A stretch of DNA of 64,000 nucleotides from Malacoraja senta. Lineage: Eukaryota. The notes below the pieces were generated by a model. That model was not told where the DNA came from and did no database searches. It worked only from the letters and a program-made list of their open reading frames with translations. Positions 29,281 through 41,494 of the stretch are shown here, piece after piece (within the stretch, counting starts at the first letter, position 1; each line of letters begins with the position of its first letter). Made by a program: the position numbers and the translations under genes. The stretch covers positions 12,216,001 to 12,280,000 of the forward strand of contig CM075993.1 in the NCBI GenBank assembly GCA_038087875.1, given 5' to 3'.

Positions 29281-30709
29281 GTTAAAGAAGGAACTGCAGA
29301 TGCTGAAAACGGATTCTTCCCCATCCTTCTCCAACTATGGGACCCCTTCTCTTCCCCACCCACAGTACAGCCCTCTCACCCCCCCACCCCCTGACCACCC
29401 ACCACCCCCCCACCACACATCGCCTCATCCCCATTCCACCCACCTGCCTTCCTCCGGCCCCAACCCCCATCCCTGCCGGGTGTTCACCATCCCCCCTGAC
29501 CTCCCCCTCTCCGACATCGAACGGTCTGTCCTCAGCAGAGGTCTTACCTTTGTCCCCCTCCGTCCCCACCTCAATGAGTTTCGCGCCCTCCATGACTTGG
29601 AACGCTTCTACCGTCGCCTCCGCCTCACAGCTCACTTCGATGGGAAGGAGTCCTCGCCCCCCACTGATGACCCCTTTTCCCGTCTCCAACGCACCCCCTC
29701 CTCGTGGAACCCCCCTCGTAGCCTTCCGGCTGTAGAATTCTTCATCAAAAACTGCCGCCGTGACATCAACCGCCTCAACTTCTCCACTTCCCTGTCTCAC
29801 TCCAATCTCTCCCCCCCTGAACGCACTGCCATCGACTCACTCTGCAACAACCTAGATTGGGTTATAAAACCCACCGACAAGGGAGGTGCCGTGGTAGTCT
29901 GGCGCGTCGATCTCTACAAAGCTGAGGCCACGCGCCAACTCTCGGACACCTCCTCCTACTTACTCCTGGACCATGACCCCACTGACGAGCACCAGGCCAC
30001 CATCTCCAGCACCATCACCGACTTCATCCACTCCCACGCCCTGCCCAACCGAGCCTCCAACTCATCGTTCCACAGCCCCGCACGGCCCGATTTTACCTTC
30101 TCCCCAAAATCCACAAACCTGACTGTCCCGGTAGACCCATTGTCTCTGCCTGTTCGTGCCCCACCGAACTCATCTCCACCTACCTTGACTCCATCCTATC
30201 CCCCTTGGTTAAATCCCTCCCTACCTATGTTCAAGACACCTCAGGCAGTCTCCGTCGTCTGCGCGCATTCCACTCTCTAGGCCCTCACCCCCTCATCTTC
30301 ACCATGGACGTCCAGTCATTGTACACCTCCATCCCCCACCAGGATGGTCTCGAAGCCCTCCGTTTTTTCCTTGACCGAAGAAAATTTTATCTGTCCTGGG
30401 TCTCCTCCATGGCCACAGCGAGCAACACCGGAAATTGGGCAGTCTTGGGCAGTCGACATCCTGGGGGCATGAACATTGAATTCTCCCAACTCTGCTAGCC
30501 CTTGCTGTCCCCTCCCCTTCATCAGCCCTCTGGCTGTCTCCTTCCATCCCCCAGCCCTCGGGCACCTCCTCCGCCTTTTTTCCTTTTTTCCTTTCTTCTC
30601 CCCACCCTCTATCAGTCTGAAGAAGGGTTTCTGCCCGAAACGTTGCCTATTTCCTTCGCTCCATAGATGCAGCTGCACACGCTGAGTTTCTCCAGCATTT
30701 TTGTGTACC
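29281..30709 (+). mobile_element. Penelope-like retroelement, internally deleted, about 13-bp TSD
   Basis: LSRGLTF, IKPTDKGGAVVV and FTMDVQSLYTSIP (PLE RT); jumps to the endonuclease C-terminus (GMNIEFS); TTAGAAGAAAGAT at 29268-29280 and 30710-30722. Confidence 0.9.
30613..30647 (+). ncRNA. Minimal hammerhead-ribozyme-like motif at the 3' end of the Penelope element
   Basis: CTGAAGA (30617-30623), GGG..CCC stem II, GAAA (30637-30640), CGTT. Confidence 0.55.
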
Positions 30710-30713
30710 TTAG

Positions 30714-31371
30714 AAGAAAGATAATGGAATGTTGGCCTTCATAACAAGAGGATTTCAGTATAGGAGTAAAGAGGTTCTTCTGCAGTTGTATAGGGCTCTG
30801 GTGAAACCACATCTGGTGAGACAACATCTGCATTATTGTGTACAGTTTTGGTCTCCTAATTTGAGGAAGGACATCCTTGTGATTGAGGCAGTGCAGTGTA
30901 GGTTCACGAGATTGATCCCTGGGATGGCGGGACTGTCATATGAGGAAAGATTGAAAAGACTAGGCTTGTATTCACTGGAGTTTAGAAGGATGAGGGGGGA
31001 TCTTATAGAAACATATAACATTATAAAAGGACTGGACAAGCTAGATGCAGGAAAAATTTTCCCAATGTTGGGCGAGTCCAGAACAAGGGGCCACAGTCTT
31101 AGAATAAAGGGGAGGTCATTTAAGACTGAGAAAAAACGTTTTCACCCAGAGAGTTGTGAATTTATGGAATTCCCTGCCACAGGGCAGTGGAGGCCAAGTC
31201 ACTGGATGGATTTAAGAGAGAGTTAGATAGAGCTCTAGGGGCTAGTGGAGTCAAGGGATATGGGGGGAAGGCAGGCACGGGTTATTGATAGGGGACGATC
31301 AGCCATGATCACAATGAATGGCGGTGCTGACTCGAAGGGCCGAATGGCCTCCTCCTGCGCCTATTTTCTAT
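30714..31371 (+). mobile_element. CR1 LINE 3' fragment
   Basis: ORF 30729-31226 encodes the CR1 RT C-terminus. Confidence 0.9.
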
Positions 31372-32518
31372 GTAACAGGGCAGGGGGATGGGACCCAATG
31401 CAAGAGACAATGCAAGAGGGCCATAAATGGAGGACAGAAGCAGAAGGGAGATAAGAAAAACTAACCTGAAAGTGTTATGCCTTAATGCGAGGAGCGTAAG
31501 GTGGATGAATTGAATGTGCACTTAGTAGTTAAGGAATATGATATAGTTGGAATTACGGAGACATGGCTCCAGTGTGACCAAGGCTGGGAGCTAAACATGC
31601 AGGGGTATTCGATATTCATGAAGGACAGACAGAAAGGAAGAGGAGGTGGGGTGGCTTTGCTGGTTAGAGGAGATTAATGCAATAACAATGAGAGACATTA
31701 GCTTGGATGCTGTAGAATCAGTACGGGTAGAACTGCAAAATAGCCAAGGGCAGAAAACGCTTGTTGGAGTTGTATACAGACCACCAGCAGTAGGGAGGTT
31801 GGGGATAGCATCAAGCAGGAAATTAGGGATGCGTGTAGCAACGGTCCAGTGGTTTATCATGGGTGACTTTAATCTACGTATAGATTGGGCCAACCAAATT
31901 GGTAGCAGTGCTGAGGAGGAGGATTTCCTGGAATGTATACGGGATGGGTTTTTAAACCAATATGTAGAGGAACCGACTAGAGGGCAGGTCATCCTAGACT
32001 GGGTATTGTGTAATGAGGAAGGATTAGATGCTGATCTTGTTGTGTAAGGCCCCTTGGGCAACAGTGACATAATATGGTGGAAGTCTGCATTAGGATGGAG
32101 AGTGACACGGTTAATTCAGAGACTAGGGTCCTGAACTTGAATAATGGAGACTTTGAAGGTATGAGATGGGAATTGGCTGGGATAGACTGGCAAATTATAC
32201 TTAAAGGGTTGACGGTGGAGATGCAATGGCAAAGATTTAAAGACCGCATGGATGAACTCCAGAAATTGTTCATCCCTGTCTGGCGAAAAAATAAAACTGG
32301 GAAGTCGGCTCAACCGTGGCTGATGAGGGAAGTCAAGGATAGTGTTAAATCCATGGAAGAGGCAAATAAATTGGCCAGAAGAAGCAGCAAACCGGAGGAC
32401 TGGGAGAAATTTAGAACTCAACAGAGGAGGACAAAGGGGTTAATTAAGAGGGGGAAAAAAGAGCATGAAAGAAAGCTTGCGGGGAATATAACAACTGTAA
32501 ACGTTTCTTTAGGTATGT

Positions 32519-32630
32519 CATTTTATATGTGTTTCTTTCAAATGCTTTAAATGTTTTATGTAAAGCACTTTGAATTACCTTGTGGTTGAAAGGTGCTATA
32601 CAAATAAACTTGCCTTGCCTTGCCTTGCCT
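32519..32630 (+). mobile_element. L2-clade LINE 3' tail inserted in CR1
   Basis: GTAAAGCACTTTG...AAAGGTGCTATACAAATAAA stem-loop and (CTTGC)n tail interrupt CR1 TATGT|AAAAAGG. Confidence 0.75.
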
Positions 32631-33764
32631 AAAAAGGAAAAGATTAGTGAAGACGAATGTAGGTCCCTTACAGTCAGAGACAGGTGAATTTATATTGGGG
32701 AAACAAGGAAATGGCAGAACAGTTAAATGAGTACTTTGGTTCTGTCTTCACTAAGGAAGACACAAACATTCTCATGAAAATACTAGGGGACCGAAGGGAA
32801 CTGAAGGGAATCCACATGTCATAAATTGTGTTAGGTAAACTGTTGGGACTGAAGGCAAATAAATCTCCAGGGCCTGATGGTCTGCATCCCAGAGTACTCA
32901 AGTAGGTGGCCCTAGAAATCGTGGATGCATTGGTGATCATTTTTCAATGTTCTCTTGACTCTGGATCAGTTCCTGTGGACTGGAGGGTAGCCAATGTAAC
33001 TCCACTTATTAAGAAAGGCGGGAGAGAGAAAATGGGGAATTATAGACCAGTAGTGGGGATTACATCGGTAGTGGGGAAGATGCTGGAGTCAATTATTAAA
33101 GATGTTATAGCAGTGCATTTGGAAAGCAGTGATGGGAAGCAGTGAAGTCAGCATGGGTTTATGAAGGGGAAATCATGATTGACTAATCTTTTGGAATTTT
33201 TTTAGGATGTAACTAGTAGAATGGATAAGGGAGAGCCAGTGGATATGTTGTATCTGGACCTTCAAAAAGCCTTTGACAAGGTCTCACACAAGAGATTAGT
33301 GTGCAAAATTAGAGCACATGGTATTGGGGGTTGGGTATTGACATGGATAGATAACTGGTTGGCAGACAGGAAGCAAAGAATAGGGATTAACAGGTCCTTT
33401 TCAGAATGGCAGGCAGTGAATGGGGTCCCGCAAGGCTCAGTGCTGGGATCCCAGTTATTTACAATATATATTAACGATTTAGACAAGGGAATTAAATGTA
33501 ACATCTCCAACTTTGCGGATGAAACAAAGCTCGGTGGCAGTGTGAGCTGCGAGGAGGATGCTATGAGGCTGCAGGGTGAATTGGATAGGTTGGGTGAGTG
33601 GGCAGATGCAGTATAATGTGCATAAATGTGAAGTTATCCACTGGTGGCAAGAACAAGAATTGAATTGAATTGAGTTGAATTTATTTGTCATTCAAAAAGA
33701 AAATAGTACGAAATGTCATTACCATACAGTCATAACAATAAACAGCGAACAAAACACACAATTA

Positions 33765-35379
33765 CAGTGGCTTGCAAAAGTTTTCATACCCCTTGAACTT
33801 TTCCACATTTTGTCACGTTACAACCACAAACGTAAATGTATTTTATTGGGATTTTATGTGATAGACCAACACAAAGTGGTGCATAATTGTGAAGTGGAAG
33901 GAAAATGATACATGGTTTTCAAATTTTTTTACAAATAAAAAACTGAAAAGTGTCGCGTGCAAAAGTATTCAGCCCCCCTGAGTCAATACTTTGTAGAACC
34001 ACCTTTCACTGCAATTACAGCTGCAAGTCTTTTGGGGTATGTCTCTACCAGCTTTGCACATCTAGAGACTGACATTTTTGCACATTCTTCTTTGCAAAAT
34101 AGCTCAAGCTCAGTCAGATTGGATGGAGAGCGTCTGAACAGCAATTTTCAAGTCTTGCCAGAGATTGTCAATTGGATTTAGGTCTGGACTTTGACTGGGC
34201 CATTCTAACACATGAATATACTTTGATCTAAACCATTCCATTGTAGCTCTGGCTGTATGTTTAGGGTCGTTGTCCTGTTGGAAGGTGAACCTCCGCCCCA
34301 GTCTCAAGTCTTTTGCAGACTCCAACAGGTTTTCTTCCAAGATTGCCCTGTATTTGGCTCCATCCATCTGCCCATCAACTCTGACCAGCTTCCCTGTCCC
34401 TGCTGAAGAAAAGCATTCCCACAGCATGATGCTGCCACCACCATGTTTCACAGTGGGGATGGTGTGTTCAGGGTGATGTGCAGTGTTAGGTTTCCGCCAC
34501 ACATAGCGTTTTGCATTTAGGCCAAAAACTTCAATTTTGGTCTCATCTGACCAGAGCACCTTCCTCCACATGTTTGCTGTATCCCCCACATGGCTTGTGG
34601 CAAACTTCAAACGGGACTTCTTAGGGCTTTTTTTCAACAATGGCTTTCTTCTTGCCATTCTTCCATAAAGGCCCGATTTGTGGAATGCACGACTAATAGT
34701 TGTCCTGTGGACAGATTCTCCCACCTGAGCTGTGGATCTCTGCAGCTCCTCCAGAGTTACCATGGGCCTCTTGGCTGCTTCTCTGATCAATGCTCTCCTT
34801 GCCCGGCCTGTCAGTTTAGGTGGACGGCCATGTCTTGGTAGGTTTGCAGTTGTGCCATACTCTTTCCATTTTCGCATGATGGATTGAACAGTGCTCCGTG
34901 AGATGTTCAAAGCTTGGGATATTTTTTTATAACCTAACCCTGCTTTAAACTTCTCCACAACTTTATCCCTGACCTGTCTGGTGTGTTCCTTGGGCTTCAT
35001 GATGCTGTTTGTTCACTAATGTTCTCTAACAAACCTCTGAGGCCTTCACAGAACAGCTGTATTTATACTGAGATTAGATTACACACAAGTGGACTCTATT
35101 TACTAATTAGGTGACTTCTGAAGGCAATTGGTTGCACTGGATTTTATTTAGGGATATCAGAGTAAAGGGGGCTGAATACTTTTGCACGTGACACTTTTCA
35201 GTTTTTTATTTGTAAAAAAATTTGAAAACCATGTATCATTTTTCTTCCACTTCACAATTATGCGCCACTTTGTGTTGGTCTATCACATAAAATCCCAATA
35301 AAATACATTTACGTTTGTGGTTGTAACGTGACAAAATGTGGAAAAGTTCAAGGGGTATGAATACTTTTGCAAGCCACTG
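33765..35379 (-). mobile_element. Tc1 (IR/DR, Passport-like) DNA transposon, 1615 bp, TA TSD
   Basis: 213-bp TIRs (33765-33977 and 35167-35379) starting CAGTGG, with outer and inner direct repeats TGCAAAAGT(A/T)TTCA; TA at both flanks. Confidence 0.96.
33983..35000 (-). pseudogene. Tc1 transposase, 339 codons if a 2-bp deletion near 34135 is restored
   Basis: GRPPK, WSDETK, QQDNDPKH, SPDLNPI; C-terminus ...KGGSTKY* lies in another frame; span is 1018 nt, i.e. 1020 minus 2. Confidence 0.92.
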
Positions 35380-37877
35380 TACATAAATTTAACATAAATG
35401 TTCATCACAGTGCCTCTCCTCCAGGCACTTCACTGTGATGGGAGGTAAAAACAAGTCTTATCTCTTCCTTGCTTCTTCTCCAAGAAGGCAGATTATTATC
35501 TGAATGGTGTCAGATTAGGAAAAGGGGAGGTGCAACGAGACCCGAGTGTCCTTGTACATCAGTCACTGAAAGTAAGCATGCAGGTACAGCAGGCAGTGAA
35601 GAAAGCTAATGGCATGTTGGCCTTCATAACGAGAGGATTTGAGTATAGGGACAAGGAGGTCCTACTGCAGTTGTACAGGGCCCTGGTGAGTATTGTGTGC
35701 AGTTTTGGTCTCCTATTTTGAGGAAGGCCAATCTTGCTATTGAGGGAATGCAGCTTCCCGGAATGGCGGGACTGACATATGATGGGTCGGCTAGGCTTGT
35801 ATTCACTAGAACTTAGAAGGATGAGAGGGGTTCTTATAGAAACATATAAAATTCTTAATGGATTGGGCAGACTAGATGCAGGAAAAATGTTCCCCATTTT
35901 GGGGGAGTCCAGAACCAGGGGTCACGGCTTAAGAATAAGGGGTAGGCCATTTAGGACTGAGATGAGGGGAAACTTTTTCACCCAGAAAGTTGTAAATCTG
36001 TGGATTTCTCTGCCACAGAAGGCAGTGGAGGCCAATTCACTGGATGCTTTCAAGAGCGAGTTAGATTTAGTTCTTAGGGCTAACGGAATCAAGGGATCGG
36101 GGGGAAAAGCAGGAACGGGGTACTGATTTTGGATGATCAGCCAAGATCATATTGATTGGCAGTGCTGGCTCAAAGGGCTGAATGGCCTACTCCTGCACCT
36201 ATTTTTCTAGGATGAGGGGAGACCTCATTGTAACTTTGCGAATAGTGAAAGGCCCGGATAGATTGGATGTGGAGAGGACGTTTCCACTAGTGGGAGAGTC
36301 TAGGACCAGAGGGCACAGCCCTAGAATAAAAGGATGTACCTTTGGAAAGGAGATGAGAAATTTCTTTAGTGAGAGGGTGGTGAATCTGTGGAATTCATTA
36401 CCACAGATGGCTGTGGTTACAAAATCATTGGGTAATTTTAAGGCGGAGATTGACAGATTCCTGATTAGTACGGGTGTCAGGGGTTATGGGGAGAAGGCAG
36501 GAGAATGGGGTTGAGAGGGAAAGTTAGATCAGTCATGATTGAATGGCAGGGTAGATGATGGGCCGAATGGCTTAATTCTGCTCCTAGAACTTCTCATGAA
36601 TCATGAGGGGATTATATAGGGTGAATGCACAGGGCCTTTTTTCTCAGGCAGTGGAATCAAGAACTAGATGACAGGTTTAAGAAGAGAAGGGCAAGATTCA
36701 ATAGCAACCTGAGGAGTAACTTTTTCATTCATAGGGTGGTATATATGGAACGAGCTGCCAGCGGAAGTCATTGAGGCAGTTATTGTAACAGGATTTAAAA
36801 GACTCTTGGACAGGTACAAGAATAGGAATGGTTTAGAGCGTTATGGTCCAAATATAGACAATAGGTGCAGGAGTAGGCCATTCGGCCCTTCGAGCCAGCA
36901 CCACCATTCAATGTGATCATGGCTGATCATCCCCAATCAGTACCCCGTTCCTGCCTTTTCCCCATATCCCCTGACTCCACTATCTTTAAGAGCCCTATCC
37001 AGCTCTCACAACTCTCACAAGCTCTCACACACTCACAACTCTCTGTGAGGAAAAGTGTTTCCTTGTCTCCGTTCTAAATGGCCTACCCCTTATTCTTAAA
37101 ATACAGTTAAATGGGACAAGTTTGGAATGGGCATCTTAACATGTCTTGGACAAGTTGGGCTGAAGGGTTTGTTTTAATGTTGCATGATTCTGTATCCACT
37201 ATTCACCAGGCTAATTTGTTTTTTAAGTTACCCCAAACACACTCAACCCCCCTAAATAGCCGTTCTGTTTTCAGAGCCCTATACCTACCAAATACTTTTT
37301 CATAGATATGTGTAGGAATAAACTGCAGATGCTGGTTGACACGCGAGATAGACACAAAATTCTGAAGTAACACGGCAGGACAAGCAGCATCTCTTGATAG
37401 TAGGAATGGGTTACACCAGAGATAGACACAAAATGCTGGAGTAACTCAGTGGGACAGACAGCATCTCCGGATAGAAGGAATGGGTTCCGCTGATGTTACT
37501 TGATGTCCAGGTTCTGTATTTGAATGCGTCTCTAAGTTCTTGATTTACTTGAATTCTCTTGGGTAGGGAGGTTTCCACCCCTGTCCAATACAGGCTATAC
37601 TTGGATTCCAGGTCACTGCCGATGGTTAATAAATGTCCAGGTTGTGAATGCATGAATGTGAGTCACTTGTACGTGTTAATGTAATCCTCAATCCTCAATT
37701 AATTGTGTATGGAGCAAATGACGGAGTAATGCAGAGGAATTGTAACTTCACTAACAACCTTCCCAGTTCCAAGCATGACATCTAGGAGAGGAGTTTTATT
37801 CAGCAGAGTTGGTGACACTGTATTCTGCAGCAGAAGCCACTCTTCTGCAGAAAAGGTTTGGCCATGTGGCACACATT

Positions 37878-38200
37878 TAGGGTGGCATGGTCTTGCAGCG
37901 GTAGTTACAGCCCCATTGACCTGGGTTTGATCCTGACCACGGGTGCTGTCTGTACGGAGTTTACACATTCTCCCTGTGACCTGCGTGGGTTTTCTCCAGG
38001 ATGTCTGGCTTCCTCCCACACTCCAAAGACACACAGGTTTATAGGTTTATTGGCTTGGTAAAATTGTAAATTGTCCCTTACAGATACAGCATGGAAAAAG
38101 GCCCTTTGGCCCACCGAGTCCGCACCGACCAGCGATCCCCGCACACTGCTCGGTGGGCCAAAGGGCCTGTTTCCATACTGTATCTCTAAAACTAAAGCTA
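37878..38200 (+). mobile_element. HE1-type SINE with an inverted duplication of its tail
   Basis: Arms 38082-38118 and 38149-38185 are reverse complements. Confidence 0.8.
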
Positions 38201-38449
38201 AAAGTGTGTTGAATGGGTTTGGAATTGTGGCAGGCTGTAGATGTGATGCTGGTGTATTGTGCCTTGTGTTGGGGATTGTCTGCTCACTGGCATGGCACTG
38301 TGACACTGCAGAGATTGGAGATTAATATTAACAAGAGCCACTTGGATTTGCTTTGCTGCTGACCTCTGCTGTTTTTTCCTGACATGTTATCTCACCCTAA
38401 CTGGATCTTTTCTACTTTTGTTTCCTGCATCTTGCCTGGGATCCTGAAG

Positions 38450-38529
38450 ACCATCTGTATCACCAACTTGAGCAAAACCGCCTTCTTGCTAATGAGCTTA
38501 AGCTGACATTGAATGACCTGAGTGACTGA
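38450..38529 (+). CDS. tpm1: Tropomyosin neuronal exon 9c (DHLYHQLEQNRLLANELKLTLNDLSD*)
   Basis: cctgaag|AC; phase 1 fits exon 8; branch point CCCTAAC 38395-38401; clear similarity to 9c of TPM1 and TPM3. Confidence 0.92.
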
Positions 38530-39230
38530 TTTGCGGGGTGATATCTAGCTTGTTTCTCACTTGTTTGTTGTACTTTCTCCTTGACTAGTTTTGGATTATT
38601 TTGGGGATATGGCGATATTATTTTGGGGATATGTCCTTCGCCTATCAGAGTCAGATAATTTAGCTAGCTTTGCCAAATTTTGATTTTGATTTCTCAGTAA
38701 GTTAACTAGTCTACTGGAGAACAGTCGGTACAGTGCAAATGCTATGCCATGATTGAACGGTGGGGTAGATTCGATGGGCTGAGGGGCCTAATTCTGCTTC
38801 TATGCCTTCTTCATTCCATGGCATAAATATTCTGATTTGTGCAACGTTAAGCCAGTATGTTTAGATGTGCACGTCCTACCAGATGACACTGGGCCTTGTT
38901 TATTTTTGTACTCGAGTACTATATATCTTTGCATCGTCCTAGTTTGTCATCTTTGCTAGTAAAAAATTAACATTCTGCAGGATCCTTGCACACCCTTTTG
39001 TCCTCATGCCTTGGAACCATGACATGTAGTCTCTCGTATAACATGAGAAAAGTAGATGCCTTATGTTGCTTTGGAGATAAGTTATCTTTATTTTCCTACT
39101 TTCCGGACAAGATTTTTCTGCGTACGAGTAAATGGCTTGACCTTGCTGGCTAAGTATAGTGTGCATGCCTTGACTGTGAATCTTGGAGATAATGTGTGCT
39201 TTATTTAACTATTTTTTAATCTTGCAACAG

Positions 39231-39313
39231 AGAAATTGGCACAAGCCAAGGAAGAAAACCTCAACATGCATCAGATGCTCGATCAGACCCTGCAGGAGCT
39301 TAATAATTTGTGA
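39231..39313 (+). CDS. tpm1: Tropomyosin smooth/non-muscle exon 9d (EKLAQAKEENLNMHQMLDQTLQELNNL*)
   Basis: gcaacag|AG; phase 1; stop TGA 39311-39313; followed by about 1.2 kb of TE-free 3'UTR. Confidence 0.96.
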
Positions 39314-40482
39314 GCGGCGTAGCTTAGCTGCGCACAGGTTGCCTGCCCTCTGTTGCCAAAGCCCCGACTTGAGAACAGGGGCAGCCTGTATTTACGTGGA
39401 TGTTCGGGGAAGGGGCTTGAAGCCTGGAATCAGACACACATGATGAATGATGAACCATTTGTTGGTAACGCTACTGTGCAATTGAATCGATTGCAAATGA
39501 AAAACCTGCAGTATCTCATAATTGTTACACTTTATTAAGAAACACTCTCCCAATTGTTTAAAGGTACTGTAATTGCAGGCTTTTTGTATTTCTAAAAAAA
39601 CGTTCTCTTTAAAAATAATTGGCTCCACCCTCGATTTTGATGTTTTCAGAATTTTAATTCCTTACCAAATGTCTTGCACCCCTGCTTTATGTTCTTTTTG
39701 CTGCTTGAGTTTTTTTTAATGGACAATTGCACTGCTAACCAAACAAAGGTGGGGTTTGGAGCAACGTTTTAAACCCACTTTTTTTTGGTAAAACACTGGG
39801 TTTTTAAATGGCAGCAAGTTTCCTTTTGGAGGGAAGAGGAGGAAAAAGGAATGTTTTAATTGAAGCTGAGGGTACTGCAGCCAAGAATATTGCCTGCTTA
39901 GTCACAAACTCCGTAGCTGCCCTTGAGACCAAGTCGCTTGGACTAATGTCCGAGTCATAATCTTCCCATCTTTTAGTTCAACATTCCCCAATGTGGTTTG
40001 AAGTCAACTTTTTTTTAAATGTCACAAACTTAACCCACAAATTTGTATCTTAAATATGAGCATGCTTGAGCTCTCCACAAAATCACAATGCAGTTTGTTT
40101 TACGAGCGATGTTAATGGCATCACAAAAGTTTTGGAATATATTTGATAAATCAAGCACTCTGCTTGCAAGTTGAGGGATGGGCTGATCAGAAATGTTGTC
40201 ACAATGTAGTAATTATTAAAGGGGTGTCTCCGTGCCAAATCTGTTTTATCTTTCCTTTGGTGAGTTATTGAGACCACAAACATGAGAATAACAACATGGC
40301 AAAATTAATTGTCTTTTTTCTTTGTACTCAATGGAACATTGTACAAAATGTATTAACAGTAAAATCCAAAGATTATTTTGTTGCAAAGACGTAATAACGA
40401 ATGGAACATTCTAAACCTTCCCTGTGCACGCTTAATTGTGAATTGGTTTAACAATATATCTGTCCATAGACTGTATAATGGT

Positions 40483-40488
40483 AATAAA
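40483..40488 (+). terminator. Poly(A) signal of the exon 9d 3'UTR
   Basis: AATAAA at the end of the AT-rich UTR, shortly before the TE-dense intergenic DNA. Confidence 0.7.
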
Positions 40489-40764
40489 CACACGCTGATG
40501 AGATTTTGTAAACATGTCCTTCATATTTCTTAATGAACTTCGTCTGTCATGAATTTGGAACTTGCATTCACATCGGCTGTTTTGCAAGCTTCATCTCAAA
40601 GCCCCTTACGGCTAATGGAGTAGTGTTGAAATGTTGCAGCTGTTATGACAGGGCAACTACTTTGTTCGCAGCATGAACGAGTTGGGCTGAAGGGACTGTT
40701 ATGACTCTTGAGATATAGATATGGGATAGGGGCGGCACGGTGGAGCAGTAGAGTTGCTGACTTA

Positions 40765-41494
40765 AGGGTCTGTCCCACTTAGGCAATTTTTCCGAAAAAC
40801 TGACAACTGGAACGGCGATTGTCAGAGTGGAACACGAACACACGCGCGCACACACGTGCACACACACACATGCACGCACGCATGCACACACGCACGCGCA
40901 CGCACACACACGCACAGAGACACACACGCACGCACACGCACAGTGAGACACACACACGCACGCACACACACACACACACTTTGGCGCTCTAATTAAGATG
41001 GCTAAAGCACAGTGTACGGTATGTCCTTTAAGAGGGTGGGAAGAAGGAGTGGAGACAGCTTTTAAGAAGCCAGAGATACACGGCTGAGAAACTCGGCGGA
41101 CATTTAACATTACCGGTCGGTTATCCTTGGTTCTGAAAACTACTGCTTACGTTTTTTCCCAATGAGCCAATGAAATTCACTGGTCAGCACCAGCTACAAC
41201 CTATGAGCACCTAAGATAACCTTCAACCTCCTGGCAACCCACTAGGACCTCCTGGAGACCCACCTACGACATGACAATTCTCACTACTCTCCATGGCGGC
41301 TTCATTCTAGTCGCAGCTAATTTTTCAACATGTTGAAAAATTTGCGGTGACCATAATGAGGCCGCGACTAGTTCCCAGAATGCGGCAACTCCTCACGACC
41401 ATGAAGGCGACTCCCCGACAACCACCCGCGAACATGTGGCGGCCGCAGAGTCTCCTGCAGTCGCCTAAAGAGTCACCTAAGTGGGACAGGCCCA
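40765..41494. mobile_element. PIF/Harbinger non-autonomous element inside an HE1 SINE, TTA TSD
   Basis: TIRs AGGGTCTGTCCCACTT and AAGTGGGACAGGCCCA; TTA at 40762-40764 and 41495-41497; internal (CA/CG)n microsatellite. Confidence 0.85.

Larger units (their letters stand above)
33660..35480 (-). mobile_element. Short non-LTR 3' fragment, (ATTCA)n tail, 6-bp TSD CAAGAA; hosts the Tc1 element
   Basis: CAAGAA at 33654-33659 and 35481-35486; TGACAAATAAA end on the minus strand. Confidence 0.75.
31450..36209 (+). mobile_element. Degenerate CR1 ORF2 (APE endonuclease and RT) with nested insertions
   Basis: CLNARS, ITETWL, VVYRPP, MGDFN, LDLQKAFD, GVPQGS; resumes at 35481 after the nested inserts. 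Confidence 0.92.

Noticed and set aside
38596..38633. Short direct repeat ATTATTTTGGGGATATG downstream of 9c
   Set aside because: Simple local duplication with no evident function
40643..41110. Cys/Val-rich ORFs
   Set aside because: Translation of a (CA/CG)n microsatellite inside a MITE
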